The notes under the pieces are model-generated. The model was not told where the DNA came from and did not search any database. It worked only from the letters and a program-made list of their open reading frames with translations. From positions 1 through 64,000 of the IMG/VR virus record IMGVR_UViG_3300029258_003476: a stretch of 64,000 bases of DNA. The stretch is one strand, 5' to 3'. The DNA comes from an uncultured virus (IMG/VR IMGVR_UViG_3300029258_003476) (taxonomy: Duplodnaviria; Heunggongvirae; Uroviricota; Caudoviricetes). Position 1 is the stretch's first letter, and each line of letters begins with the position of its first letter. The translations under genes were made by a program, and so were the position numbers. Below, piece by piece: positions 45,159 to 55,400 of the stretch.

Positions 45159-46535
45159 ATGGGAAGGCTGAAGACAGCAGGTAGGGTCCGCAACGTTCAG
45201 TTTGTGCGTGCGGGAGGGATGGCGGGCCAGATGGGCCGTGACCTCGCGCGGGAGGCGATGAAGGTCGCCTTCATCCACGCCGGGATGGACAAGGAGGCGC
45301 TGCTTGCCGCCGGGGCCGGTCAAAAGGTCCTGAACTTCGGCAGGAAGCTCCTCGGCAAGGCCAAGTCGGCGCCGAGGTCGGCTCCTTCCATTCCCAAGGC
45401 CGTGCCCTACTCGACCCCGAAGCCGCAGCAGTGGGCGCATGTACCTGCTGACGCGCCGAGGATGACCGGGGGAGCGACAACGACCATGGTAGCCCCTCCG
45501 AGCGGGGGGCAGACCATGTTCCAAGCCCCCGCCCAATGGCCGCAGCCACAGCAAAGGGGCCGAGCTCCGAGGTCCATGTCTCAGGACCCGACGTTGTCCC
45601 AGCTTGTGGCACCTGAAGCTCGATGGAATCCTGCAACGGCGCAACGGGCCACGCCGAGGTCAAGTGGCCGTGGCCGAGAGGGACTGCGAAGGCCTGAGAG
45701 TGTTCCGTGGGGCGGTGAGTCCCCTCCGGCACGTGCATCGGGGGGACAAGTCAAGAAGCCGGCCTCTCGCTCGCAGTTGCGCAGACCTGAGAGCGTGACG
45801 TTCGACACGCCTGCACCGGCTGGGCAGGTCAGGCCCTCGCCTTCGGCTTCGGCCCCGCCGCCGCCTTCTACCCGTAGGCGGGGATCGGTTGAGGCGCCGG
45901 CCACTAAGCGGTCGCCAGGCCAGCCTTCTGGGAAGGTACGTCGGGCGGGTACGGCCGGCGGGTCCCCGTACCGGCAACAGGGGGGCGTGCCCGCAACGCA
46001 GCCGCAGCCTACGGCCCCCGCTACCGTGCCGCAGCAGCCTCAGGTGTCACCGCCCGTCCCGGGCCCCCGGCTCGCGCCGCCGACAGGCACTGTGGCCCCG
46101 CCCCCGACCCAGCGCGCGTCGGCTACGTCTGCTGGTGCTGTGCAGCCTTCTGCCGCCGGCGCGTTGCCAGCGCTCAGGACCCCCGCATCTCAACCTCTCC
46201 CTCGTTTCGGCGAGGGCGATGCAGTCATCGGCGGCAAGGCTACGACGGTCGGCGGGGCACCGGTTCCCGCCGCCACCCCGACCCCCATTCAGGCGCCGGT
46301 TGCCGCCCCGGAGGCCGCGCCAGGTCTCTGGCAAAAGGCGAAGCCGTACGTCATTGGAGGCGGAGCTCTTGGAGCTCTCGGCATCTACGGAGCGGGGTCC
46401 ACCATGTCCTCGCTCGCCAACACAGGCCTCCAGGCCCTTGGCGGGCATCCGGGCATGTACCCCGCACAGGTGGGGGCGGCGTTGCCGGCGGAACCTAGCC
46501 AATACGGCTACGTTGGCGGCCCGATGCTGATGTAG
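45159..46535 (+). CDS. Pro-rich putative virion protein (true start probably 45219 or 45258)
   Basis: MDKEA motif; RRPESV repeated twice; C-terminal Gly-zipper. Confidence 0.55.
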   Translation: MGRLKTAGRVRNVQFVRAGGMAGQMGRDLAREAMKVAFIHAGMDKEALLAAGAGQKVLNFGRKLLGKAKSAPRSAPSIPKAVPYSTPKPQQWAHVPADAPRMTGGATTTMVAPPSGGQTMFQAPAQWPQPQQRGRAPRSMSQDPTLSQLVAPEARWNPATAQRATPRSSGRGREGLRRPESVPWGGESPPARASGGQVKKPASRSQLRRPESVTFDTPAPAGQVRPSPSASAPPPPSTRRRGSVEAPATKRSPGQPSGKVRRAGTAGGSPYRQQGGVPATQPQPTAPATVPQQPQVSPPVPGPRLAPPTGTVAPPPTQRASATSAGAVQPSAAGALPALRTPASQPLPRFGEGDAVIGGKATTVGGAPVPAATPTPIQAPVAAPEAAPGLWQKAKPYVIGGGALGALGIYGAGSTMSSLANTGLQALGGHPGMYPAQVGAALPAEPSQYGYVGGPMLM

Positions 46536-46962
46536 CGAACTGCTTCAGGTACGAAGTGAAGCTCTTGTTGAAAAGCGCCTGGGGGCGCGCTTTCCGTATC
46601 GTTCTCACCGCGTCTTGAGGCGGCATCTTGTGCTTCTTGCTGTGGATGAGGGCAAGAGCGGAGATGAGCCCAGAGCGATTCAGGCCGGCGACGCATGTCA
46701 CGAGGACATCCCTGCCCTCGTCCAACTCTTTGGCGACCTCCTTGCCGGCCACGAGGGCGAGCATCTTCTCCTCGTCCGTGATGTCGGAATCGGAGTAGTC
46801 GTTCAGGGGCACCCGGATCGTCTTGATGCCCCCGACGTCGGGTTGGTACTCGTTGGCCGACAGAACGAGCACGTCAAAGACCCCACGTACCCACGCCATG
46901 TCGTCTTTGGCCGGCTTCGACCCCTGGTAGAGGTGGTCAACGATTCTGCTTGCGTCCATCAT
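46495..46962 (-). CDS. dual-specificity protein phosphatase
   Basis: IVDHLYQGS...VLVTCVAGLNRSG (CX5R). Confidence 0.88.
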   Translation of the reverse strand: MMDASRIVDHLYQGSKPAKDDMAWVRGVFDVLVLSANEYQPDVGGIKTIRVPLNDYSDSDITDEEKMLALVAGKEVAKELDEGRDVLVTCVAGLNRSGLISALALIHSKKHKMPPQDAVRTIRKARPQALFNKSFTSYLKQFATSASGRQRSRIG

Positions 46963-47440
46963 CTTCTCGCAGCCACCAGTACGGGGGCAAGTTGTGTTCG
47001 GGTTCTGCGGAGGGCCTGGGGGGCATGGGCGCCAGCTTCCTCACGACGTTGCGGAGGATCCTCTTTTGATCCCGAACCTGTTCTTGGGGCTTCACGGGAG
47101 TAGTAGCGTACACGGTGGCGGCGATGTCGAGGAGGCGCCGTTCGTCGTCAGTCAGCGCGTCGTAGGTGCGGGCTCCGGATGCAAGGTCAGAGAGGACCTG
47201 CATCGTGTCTTGGCTGTACAGTTCCGGCCTCTCCCTCGAGTCGAAGTACAACACCCCAGCTTCCCCCGCCAAGAGCTGCTGGAAGAGCCCTTTTCTTGTT
47301 CCAGTCGCTCGCTCGTCCGGCAGGAAGGTCGCGGGGTTGGGAAGTTCTGGGAGCGCGGGCATCTTCGGGCCCATGGCCTGCAGAGCTGACTCGACAAAGT
47401 CGTTGAAAGGCATGGGCCTTTTGGGCTTGGGCTCGCTCAT
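46937..47440 (-). CDS. hypothetical protein
   Basis: Operon packing. Confidence 0.55.
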   Translation of the reverse strand: MSEPKPKRPMPFNDFVESALQAMGPKMPALPELPNPATFLPDERATGTRKGLFQQLLAGEAGVLYFDSRERPELYSQDTMQVLSDLASGARTYDALTDDERRLLDIAATVYATTPVKPQEQVRDQKRILRNVVRKLAPMPPRPSAEPEHNLPPYWWLREDDGRKQNR

Positions 47441-47623
47441 GGATGATCCTGTCGCCGTTCTGCAGAAGGAAGTCTACCACGATGGCCGAGATCATCAGCG
47501 ACCGCACCCGAGACTTGAACTCTAGGTTGTACGGTACCCCGTACTTGAGCGAGAGCAGGCCGCCGTACATGTCCAGCAAGCGAACCTGCTCTTTCGTCAA
47601 CCGAAGGTCGGGTCGGAGCAGCC

Positions 47624-48499
47624 TCATGCCACCAGCAAGATAGGGTCCATGCGGGTAGGGACGGTCAGGTCACGCGTCTCGTCGCTGAGCATCCATTCCT
47701 CGCTCATCCAGAAGTGGCCCGCGAGCTCGTCGCTGAGCCCGCCAAGGCCCCAAGAGTTGCGGATGAGGAACTCGTACTTGCCGTCCGCGCGCCGACGGTA
47801 GCCGACGATGATCATCGCGTGCCGGCCAACGGAGCTCTTCGGCAAAGCAAGTGCGTCGTCTCCGTTGTGCTGCCTGCGGAAGTAGTACTGTAGGGCCTCG
47901 TCGACGGCCGTAGCGAACGGGATCGGATGGTTGTTCCGGATCGCGTGTACGATCTCCTCGATGCGCGAGCTGCGACTGGACGCGACGTGGTAGTACTCCT
48001 TGATCTTGTTGTCGTAGCCGTACTGGTAGCAGCGCGTGTTCGGCTGCGTGAAGACCTTGCCGATCAGGTACGGCCAGGCGCCCTTCTTCCCGCCGAGGTC
48101 GGCCGGGTCCTCCGGGCAGACGCCGTGCTTGCGCAGCGCGTCCGCGGCGGCGCGCATGTACGTGCCCTTGTCCCAGTTGGTTTCCTTGTGCTCGGCACGC
48201 GCGTTCCAATAGATGAACAGGCGGCTGAGCTGCACCACTTTCTTGCCCTCGATGCCGAGAAGGATCTCGAGCGCGTCGGCCCATGCGTTGGCGACGCAGG
48301 AGCCCAGCGCGCCCTGGTTGGACACGGGCGTGAACTCCTTGATGACGTGCTCGTCCGCGTTGTCCCAGGAGAACTGCCCGGCCTTGATGGCCTTCTCCAT
48401 GGCGTACTCGAGGTCTTTCATGCTGGGCGGGTTGTCCCGGCACGTGAACTTGACTTGGTCAGGGTGGAACCCGAGGTCATGAACGATGGCGGGCATCAC
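47624..48499 (-). CDS. papain-like cysteine peptidase (C1 family)
   Basis: NQGALGSCVANA, LSRLFIYWNAR, HAMIIVGY, RNSWG. Confidence 0.9.
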   Translation of the reverse strand: MMPAIVHDLGFHPDQVKFTCRDNPPSMKDLEYAMEKAIKAGQFSWDNADEHVIKEFTPVSNQGALGSCVANAWADALEILLGIEGKKVVQLSRLFIYWNARAEHKETNWDKGTYMRAAADALRKHGVCPEDPADLGGKKGAWPYLIGKVFTQPNTRCYQYGYDNKIKEYYHVASSRSSRIEEIVHAIRNNHPIPFATAVDEALQYYFRRQHNGDDALALPKSSVGRHAMIIVGYRRRADGKYEFLIRNSWGLGGLSDELAGHFWMSEEWMLSDETRDLTVPTRMDPILLVA

Positions 48500-48801
48500 T
48501 GGTCCCCTTCGTTGGAGTACGTGCAGTCATCGATCTGCTCGCACGTCGTGAGCTCGGCGACGCAGCGGGGGTTGAGCATGATGGTGCCCTGTTCATGCGT
48601 CTCCTTGCAGAACACGTTGTAGGGGGTGCCGCCGGGCGTGAACGCCTCCTCGCACCCTTTCGCCTTCAGGTTCTCGAACGCCGGGTCGCAGAACTCTGTG
48701 TCGTCGACCTCCGGCGTCGGTCGGGGCCCGGGGCCTTTGGGGCCGCACGCCGTGACCAGCAGAGCCCCCATCAGCGCGCCCAGTAGAAGCCTCTTCTTCA
48801 T
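48496..48801 (-). CDS. Cys-rich lipoprotein
   Basis: MKKR, hydrophobic stretch, lipobox VTAC; GAGGAGG RBS. Confidence 0.75.
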   Translation of the reverse strand: MKKRLLLGALMGALLVTACGPKGPGPRPTPEVDDTEFCDPAFENLKAKGCEEAFTPGGTPYNVFCKETHEQGTIMLNPRCVAELTTCEQIDDCTYSNEGDQ

Positions 48802-48854
48802 CTATTCCTCCTGTGGTACGACTGTCGGAAGAACCTACCACAAGGAGATAGAAG

Positions 48855-49292
48855 ATGCGATACATCCTTCACCCCATGCTTTCTGACTGGGAAGACCCCA
48901 TCAAGAGCGGCGGAGACATGCGTTCGTGGTTCTTCTTCTACAAGTGGCGGGCGGGGGTTACCTCCATCAAAGCGGACGATGCGTACAACGACCACGTCCA
49001 AAAGGGGGACCACTTGGTCTTCTGCATGGACGGTGCAATCATCGCTGTCGCGAAGGTGCTCAACGTCGAGTACTGCATCACGTGGGGCCGCAACGAGGTG
49101 TACTTCGACTCGGACACCATGTTGATCCCAGCGTGCTTCGAAAACATGGGCATGCTTGGGTACAGCGCAGAGTCGAGCGAGGGAAGGCACATGGACGACG
49201 TCATGGAGAGCGCGGTACCCTTGAGCGATATCCCGGAAGGAGCGGAACCGGAATGGCTCAAGAACAACTTCCTCATGAAAAGACCCCGGTAA
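48855..49292 (+). CDS. hypothetical protein
   Basis: AAGGAG RBS. Confidence 0.6.
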   Translation: MRYILHPMLSDWEDPIKSGGDMRSWFFFYKWRAGVTSIKADDAYNDHVQKGDHLVFCMDGAIIAVAKVLNVEYCITWGRNEVYFDSDTMLIPACFENMGMLGYSAESSEGRHMDDVMESAVPLSDIPEGAEPEWLKNNFLMKRPR

Positions 49293-49303
49293 CCCGGCAG
49301 CAG

Positions 49304-49939
49304 ATGGCGGACGCCATGTACACGGCGTGGGTCCGCTACTTCGGAACGACCCCCTCGAAACCTACCATCCAGGTGCTCATGGCTCAGTGGGCTCTCGAGA
49401 CGGGCGAGGGCAAGTCGATGCACAACTTCAATGTGGGCAACGTCAAGAGCCGCGAGGGCGACGGGCACAACTTCACCTACTTCGCCTGTTGGGAGAGGCT
49501 GTCGAAGGCGAGCGCCGAGGCAATGCAGGCCGCCGACCCGAAGCGCGTGAAGATCACCAGGTACTACCCTGACGGTAAGTGCAAGGTGTGGTTCTACCCG
49601 GAGCACCCGGCCTGCCGCTTCCGCGCCTTCAAGACGCTCGAGCGAGGGCTGATCGACCACCTCGCCATCTTGAGCAACCACAAGGCCTTCAAGAAGGCGT
49701 GGCCGGCCGTGCGCGCCGGTGACCCCAAGCTGTACGCCAAGCTGCTCAAGGAGGCCCGCTACTACACGGCCCCGCTACACGACTACACCAAAGGCGTGAT
49801 GTTCTGGTTCCAGGTCTACAACAGCATCGAGCTGCCCGAGGCCCCCATGATGTCGAAAGAGGAGCAAGAGCAGATCAAGGGGTGGATCTCTCGCAGCCTG
49901 CAAAGAGTCTCTTCTGCTGGCAGAACAGAAGAGGAATAG
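49304..49939 (+). CDS. glucosaminidase or muramidase (GH73-like)
   Basis: AQWALETGEG..NFNVGNVK, FRAFKT, YYTAP. Confidence 0.7.
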   Translation: MADAMYTAWVRYFGTTPSKPTIQVLMAQWALETGEGKSMHNFNVGNVKSREGDGHNFTYFACWERLSKASAEAMQAADPKRVKITRYYPDGKCKVWFYPEHPACRFRAFKTLERGLIDHLAILSNHKAFKKAWPAVRAGDPKLYAKLLKEARYYTAPLHDYTKGVMFWFQVYNSIELPEAPMMSKEEQEQIKGWISRSLQRVSSAGRTEEE

Positions 49940-49997
49940 GCTGGACACAGGTAGGCCACTGAAGTAGAAGAATAGAACGCCCAAAGGCCGATAACTC

Positions 49998-50348
49998 ATG
50001 CGAAAAGCAGCTGCAACGAAGGTGCTCAAGCAGTACTTCATCCGTCCAGGTGACAAGCTCTGGGCAACTATCGTCGCCATCGTCCGAAGGGACGTGAAGA
50101 AGGACGACAGAACGCGCAGCTACATCAACGTGGAGCTCACGGTCGGGCAGAAGAAACTTGCTATTCCGCACAGGTACGTCAGTGAGATCGGAGAGGCGCT
50201 GATTCGTGCGGGTACCGAGTGCAAGGCCTATCTGAAAGGAAAGAAAGATGGCGTACACAAAGCTGACCGCGAGGCGCTGGATTCAACTGCTGAAGGACAA
50301 GGCGTACAAGAGCGCGAGCTCTGCGAAGAAGGGCATCGGTCGGATTGA
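49998..50348 (+). CDS. hypothetical protein
   Basis: ORF in a + strand run. Confidence 0.45.
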   Translation: MRKAAATKVLKQYFIRPGDKLWATIVAIVRRDVKKDDRTRSYINVELTVGQKKLAIPHRYVSEIGEALIRAGTECKAYLKGKKDGVHKADREALDSTAEGQGVQERELCEEGHRSD

Positions 50349-50907
50349 CTGGCCTCCCGAGGCCAAGAAGCTCGGGCGCGACATCATCGACGCGTACTAC
50401 GTTGGGAAGAAGATCACCGAGGCCGACATCAAGGCCCTCGAGAAGCTCGTCCCCGATGTGGAGGAGGAAGAGCCGAAGCCGCGTCCGAAGCCGCAACGGG
50501 TGAGCAAGTCGAACGGCCGGTCGCACCCTACCCCGGCTCGCACGCCCGTGACCGCCCCCATGTTCGACGCGCCGAAGGGCCTCGTCGAGATGCACGAGCT
50601 CAAGCTGGCCGCCGAGGTCGTGGGCAAGCTCACCACGACGTACGGCGAGATCTTTGAGTTGTGCGAGGGCGCGCAGGAGAAGGGCCTTGATGGCTCTTAC
50701 GCTGCGGCTGTCGTTGAGAGCATCCCTGCTCTCATCACCACCGCCGACAGGCTCCGCGACAGGGCGTTGCGGGCATCGGAGAAGTTCGTGGACAAGTCGT
50801 TTCTCGAGAAGGTCGAAGAGACTTTCGAGAAGGTCACCGAAGAGCAGCAGCAGCTGTTCGATAAGGCGAAGCCCAAGGACCCGTTCAAGCCGGGCGCAAC
50901 GAACTGA
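50248..50907 (+). CDS. hypothetical protein
   Basis: Codon usage typical of the window. Confidence 0.65.
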   Translation: MAYTKLTARRWIQLLKDKAYKSASSAKKGIGRIDWPPEAKKLGRDIIDAYYVGKKITEADIKALEKLVPDVEEEEPKPRPKPQRVSKSNGRSHPTPARTPVTAPMFDAPKGLVEMHELKLAAEVVGKLTTTYGEIFELCEGAQEKGLDGSYAAAVVESIPALITTADRLRDRALRASEKFVDKSFLEKVEETFEKVTEEQQQLFDKAKPKDPFKPGATN

Positions 50908-51319
50908 GCAGGCCCGTCTCCCCCTTCGATTCGATGATGCGGGCCAGTGTCCTCCGACTATTGCCGCAAGGAAGGATGTCGCAGGTCCAGCTGACGGCCC
51001 CGTCGTCCGACTCGAACGAGGCGAGCACTCGCCCCGGTTCTTGCCACAACACCAGCACGGCGCACGGGCGCACCTTCTGTGCAGCGTCTCGAAGGAAGGT
51101 CTGTCGGATGTCCGGATTGTCCGGCAGCGGCACCATCACCAGGTCATCGATGATGCCCTTGCCGTCGTCCGTCTTGACCGCTTGGCCAGCCCAAAGAAAG
51201 GCGATTGCGGGGACTCTTCCTTTGATCTTCCACACGTCGTAGATCTTGTGGACGGCGGATCTTGCGCGCCGAAGAAGAATCTTGTGTACTATCTTCTCTG
51301 GTTTTCTCACGGAGGAAGT

Positions 51320-51610
51320 ATGGACCTGCGCGGACAGAAGTTGCAAGGACTCAGAAGGCGCATGGGTGCGTGGAGAAGCAGGCTTCGTGCCGCCACCGGC
51401 GCGTACGCTGTCGACTTTCCCAACAGGTCGGATGGATCTTTCGACGTGGTCATCAAGTGGAGGACCAGACAGGGGGAGCTCGGGCACTACGCACGCACCT
51501 TCGACGAGGGCACCGTCTTCCCCCCAGGCGGTGCCGTTCCCATGCACAAGCCCTGCGACTACGTGCGGCAGATCATCAAAGCCGTGCTCGACTTGCGGGG
51601 CGTCACCTGA
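51320..51610 (+). CDS. hypothetical protein
   Basis: GGAGG RBS before MDLRGQ. Confidence 0.55.
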   Translation: MDLRGQKLQGLRRRMGAWRSRLRAATGAYAVDFPNRSDGSFDVVIKWRTRQGELGHYARTFDEGTVFPPGGAVPMHKPCDYVRQIIKAVLDLRGVT

Positions 51611-51628
51611 GGCTGGTAGGTAAAAAGA

Positions 51629-52009
51629 ATGCCGGACATCACGCTGTCGCAACAGGAGTACGAGGATCTGGTGACCCTCGCGAAGAGGACCCTGAACACG
51701 CCGGAGCTGCGCGCTTTCGAGTCGAGCATGGCTGTGATCGAGCGCCGCAATGGCGTCGAGGTCAGCCTGTTGGCGCTCAGGTGGACCGAGGCGGGGGCGC
51801 CCAACCCACCGCACTACACGTTCCCTCAGTCGTGGCCCCCTGAGCAGGAGGCCGTGATGCGCAAGGTCGGCGGCCCCATCACCCGCGAGGAGGTCGAGGC
51901 CGAGCTCGAGGCGCGGGCCAAGGTGCCGGTCACCGTTCTCGTTTCCCCTGACCCCGGCGCCGAGCTCGGATGGACGACGCTCGACGACTTCTTCAAAGTT
52001 GGGCCATGA
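51629..52009 (+). CDS. hypothetical protein
   Basis: Operon packing. Confidence 0.65.
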   Translation: MPDITLSQQEYEDLVTLAKRTLNTPELRAFESSMAVIERRNGVEVSLLALRWTEAGAPNPPHYTFPQSWPPEQEAVMRKVGGPITREEVEAELEARAKVPVTVLVSPDPGAELGWTTLDDFFKVGP

Positions 52010-52245
52010 CAGAGAAGTACATCAAAGTCGAGGTAACCTCGACGCTCGGAGCTTCCTACGTGTTCCCGGACATGCCCTTCGGTCAGCTCAAGCTCTTCAT
52101 GGAGAACATGGCGGGCGCGTCCGACACGCTCGTTTTGGCCAACTTGAGCGGGGCAACCATGACGATCCCCAAAAGGATCATCGCTACTTTGAAAGTGAAC
52201 GGCAAGACGGTATGGACACGCCAGACCCCAAGATCCGGTGCATGA
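52006..52245 (+). CDS. hypothetical protein
   Basis: ATGA overlap. Confidence 0.55.
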   Translation: MTEKYIKVEVTSTLGASYVFPDMPFGQLKLFMENMAGASDTLVLANLSGATMTIPKRIIATLKVNGKTVWTRQTPRSGA

Positions 52246-52571
52246 ACTGCGGAGAGATGACCCTTCCCAAAGACGGGGACCTGTACCTGGGGGTGTTCGT
52301 GTGCCCCATGTGCAAGGGGGTCGCTGAGATTCTGCGCAAGCGGGCGCGCAAGGAGCTCAAGCACCTGCTCACCTTGCTGGACGAGACCATTCGACTTGCG
52401 CTCGTGGAGGGCCGGCTCAAGCTGGGAGAGCAGGACCCCCAGGGGGACAAGCGCAAGGTGCTGATGACCATCGTCGATCTGTTGGAGGCGAAGAATGGTA
52501 CAGGAATCGAAGGGCGGAGCTTTCACGGGGCCGGACGACGTTCAGTACAAGGCGAAGTGCCAGAACTCTAA
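52212..52571 (+). CDS. Zn-finger protein
   Basis: CMNC...CPMC. Confidence 0.55.
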   Translation: MDTPDPKIRCMNCGEMTLPKDGDLYLGVFVCPMCKGVAEILRKRARKELKHLLTLLDETIRLALVEGRLKLGEQDPQGDKRKVLMTIVDLLEAKNGTGIEGRSFHGAGRRSVQGEVPEL

Positions 52572-52767
52572 TTGCGAGTGGACCAAGATCTTGTGGCGCA
52601 CTTCCGGCATCGGCTGGAAGGTGGGCGACATGCTTCCTCCCAACCCTGAGAAGCCGGAGGAGACGCGATGTGTGAAGTGCGGAACGTACAGCCTGATGAT
52701 CATCGAGGTCCCACAATCTCAGCCGATCCAGGGGCCGAAGGGCTTCTGGTGTTTGCCGACCACCTGA
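52495..52767 (+). CDS. Zn-ribbon protein
   Basis: GGAGG RBS; CQNSNC...CVKC. Confidence 0.55.
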   Translation: MVQESKGGAFTGPDDVQYKAKCQNSNCEWTKILWRTSGIGWKVGDMLPPNPEKPEETRCVKCGTYSLMIIEVPQSQPIQGPKGFWCLPTT

Positions 52768-53097
52768 CGCTTGAGGTGCCGGGCATCGCCGGCATTGCCG
52801 GGTTGGTAGAGGAGCTCGAGGAGACGGGCACCGACGTCGTCTTCAAGAACGTCAGGCTTACCCACGCCGCGCACATGAAGGCCATCAATGGCATCACCTT
52901 CATGCAACTGTTCTCGTTCTTCACTGTCCGGCGCGGAGACCAGGTCGTCGGGTCCCACCGCGAACTGCGGGTAATCGGTGGGGGTCTGCCCCCGGTCTAC
53001 AAGGTCCCCTTCGTCTACCCCCGCGTTCTATTCAGAAAGAAGTTGACCTGAGCAAAAGAGCCAGGTAGGTCTTGGCGTACAACAGGCGTACAACACC

Positions 53098-54318
53098 ATG
53101 GCAAGAAAAGACCCACGACCTGAGCTCTCCCCAAACGCCCCGATCCCCGAGCCGACGGGCGAAACGGTGGAGATGCCGAACAACCCACCCTACGTTGACC
53201 CGCGTCTGCTGCACCCAAAGGCGCGGGCGTATCAAGAGCAACTGCAGAAAGCTCGAGGAGGCGAGCAGGTAGGCGTCACGCCGAAGCCGCCCATCCCGCG
53301 TCTCGACCAGTACGACGAGAGCGCCAACAAGGGCCGCACCATGGCCCAGTCCGCTATGGGCGGCGACACGCAGACTGTGGTCGACATCTACCCGACCGAC
53401 ATCTTGCACGAAGACGCGAGGCGCGACCCCAAGTTCATTCAGGGGCAGGGCGACATGTTGGCGATGAACCAGCCATCGCTGGCGCTCAAGTACGGCATCA
53501 TGCGCAAGGGGGAGTACGTGCCCGGCACATCCCTCGTGCGGCGTCCGGAGGGCCAGCTCAAGCAGCTGCGTCCGGAGACAGTTGAGGGCTTGGAGAGATT
53601 GCAGCGCGAGCAGCAGGAGCAACAGCAGGCAGCCCGCGCCGCGGCTCAGCATGGTGAGCAAGTCGTCAAGGACATGGAAGGGCAGGTGGCCGAATCCCAG
53701 GCCAGTAACGCCGCCGGCGGCGCCGCGGCCCGGTTGGGAGGTCGGCCCATCGAAGGGGAGAAGGCTCCGACGGAGGAGGACGAGCGCAAGCTCAAGGAGG
53801 GCGACCTCGATCACCTCGACACGCTCGACTTCGGAACCATTCGGCAGATGATGGTCCGCAACCTGCTCAACAACGAGAAGCAGCGCGAGATCGTCGAGGG
53901 CCGGATCAAAGACGAGATCCGCATCAGCGACATGCTGATCAACGGCTACGCCAAGCAGCGGGTTCCCATCATCCCGGGGGAGTTCGAGCCGACCTTCATG
54001 ACCGTGGGCGGCGACATCGAGCTCGAGCTCAAGGCCATGCTCTCGGAGGAGGCACGCACCTACGAGTACACGGAGCAGTACTTCCTCGACAAGTACTCCC
54101 TGATGGCTCTGGCGGCGGGGTTGCACTCCATCAACGGGGAGAAGCTGCCGAGCCACATCAACAATGACGGGGACCTCGACCGGGAACTGTTCTGGAAGAA
54201 GTTCAAGAAGGTCGCCAAACTCCCGCTGCCCATGCTGGCTAGCCTTGGAACGCACTACTTCTGGTTCGACGTCAGGTGTCGCCGGAAGTTCGTAGCTGGA
54301 GAACTGGGAAATGGCTGA
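53098..54318 (+). CDS. putative tail assembly chaperone (gpG-like)
   Basis: Ends in the in-frame slippery heptamer G GGA AAT (54306-54312). Confidence 0.55.
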   Translation: MARKDPRPELSPNAPIPEPTGETVEMPNNPPYVDPRLLHPKARAYQEQLQKARGGEQVGVTPKPPIPRLDQYDESANKGRTMAQSAMGGDTQTVVDIYPTDILHEDARRDPKFIQGQGDMLAMNQPSLALKYGIMRKGEYVPGTSLVRRPEGQLKQLRPETVEGLERLQREQQEQQQAARAAAQHGEQVVKDMEGQVAESQASNAAGGAAARLGGRPIEGEKAPTEEDERKLKEGDLDHLDTLDFGTIRQMMVRNLLNNEKQREIVEGRIKDEIRISDMLINGYAKQRVPIIPGEFEPTFMTVGGDIELELKAMLSEEARTYEYTEQYFLDKYSLMALAAGLHSINGEKLPSHINNDGDLDRELFWKKFKKVAKLPLPMLASLGTHYFWFDVRCRRKFVAGELGNG

Positions 54319-54740
54319 GGACTCCCGAAGGGTGGACCAGGGCCAAGCTCCTGCTCCACACGATACGCAGACCGCCCAGCATTGGGTCAGTTCGGGAGTC
54401 CATACTTCGTCTGCTTCTTCAACGACTGGAGGAGATCGAGCATTACCGGTTCACCGCGATGTTCACGGCGATACTCGACTCGGAGGAGAAGAAGAAAGCG
54501 ATAGAGGCCTACGAGGCCTACTTCAAAACGGCGTTCCCGTACATTGAGACGGACGAGAGGCGCACCGATGAGAAGCTCATCGACTTCCTGCGCAAAGAGG
54601 TCGAACGCGGGCCGCTCGAGATCAAGCCGCTCGACATGGGGGTGCGCAGCCGCATGGCCAGTCGCAAACGGCGGGCCGACCCGGAGCTTCTCAAGCGCTC
54701 CGGCAAGATCTTGAAGAAGATCGGAAGGACGCTGGAATGA
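54306..54740 (+). CDS. -1 frameshift extension (gpT-like) of the preceding gene
   Basis: The -1 frame stays open from the slippery site: KWLRTPEGW... Confidence 0.55.
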   Translation, partial: GKWLRTPEGWTRAKLLLHTIRRPPSIGSVRESILRLLLQRLEEIEHYRFTAMFTAILDSEEKKKAIEAYEAYFKTAFPYIETDERRTDEKLIDFLRKEVERGPLEIKPLDMGVRSRMASRKRRADPELLKRSGKILKKIGRTLE

Positions 54741-55135
54741 GCAAGGAAGAAGTCTACGTTTGCCCGCAGTGCAACAGCCCGGCTCTCGACGTTCCGCAGC
54801 TCGTTGGGTCGCGCGCTCAGTGCCGCAAGTGCGGGTGGAAGGGCCCCGTGCAGGACTTGGTTGGGGTGGCCATGGACATCCAAGGAGGACTTGGGGGCGA
54901 CTCGCAGGAGGAGCTGACGCGCCAGTACATGACCGACGTGCGCAACACCATCGCCAAGGACTGCGCGCTTCCGATCGGCCGCCTTCTGGTCAAGTACGGG
55001 TTCGTCGACTCCGAGAACATAGACAAGAAGGTCATGGCCGCCTACTTGGTCGCCGTCGCCCGTGCGGTAGCGGTGACGCTGCTGGAGACCAGGGACAAGA
55101 TCGAGACGGAGGGCATCAATGCAGTCGTCAACTGA
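54737..55135 (+). CDS. Zn-ribbon protein
   Basis: CPQC...CRKC; ATGA overlap. Confidence 0.65.
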   Translation: MSKEEVYVCPQCNSPALDVPQLVGSRAQCRKCGWKGPVQDLVGVAMDIQGGLGGDSQEELTRQYMTDVRNTIAKDCALPIGRLLVKYGFVDSENIDKKVMAAYLVAVARAVAVTLLETRDKIETEGINAVVN

Positions 55136-55400
55136 CCAAGACAGGCCGTACTTCGCGCCCGCGCCGGTGCGCAAGGCGGACGAAGAGTCCCTGTTCTGCT
55201 TCCTCAACCCCGAGAGGGAGTGCGACTCGACGTGCATGGCGTTCAACATAAACGTCCCCAACCAGCCGGAGTACCGGGGCTCCTGGGCGCAATGCAAGCT
55301 GCTCATCAGCGCACATCAGATCGCCAAGCACATGACCATCGTGGCGCAGCAGGCGAAGAACCACGTCGACGATTCTCGCAGGAAGGCAGGTGCCCCATGA
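55119..55400 (+). CDS. Cys-rich hypothetical protein
   Basis: CFLNPERECDSTCMAF; GGAGG RBS. Confidence 0.6.
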   Translation: MQSSTDQDRPYFAPAPVRKADEESLFCFLNPERECDSTCMAFNINVPNQPEYRGSWAQCKLLISAHQIAKHMTIVAQQAKNHVDDSRRKAGAP

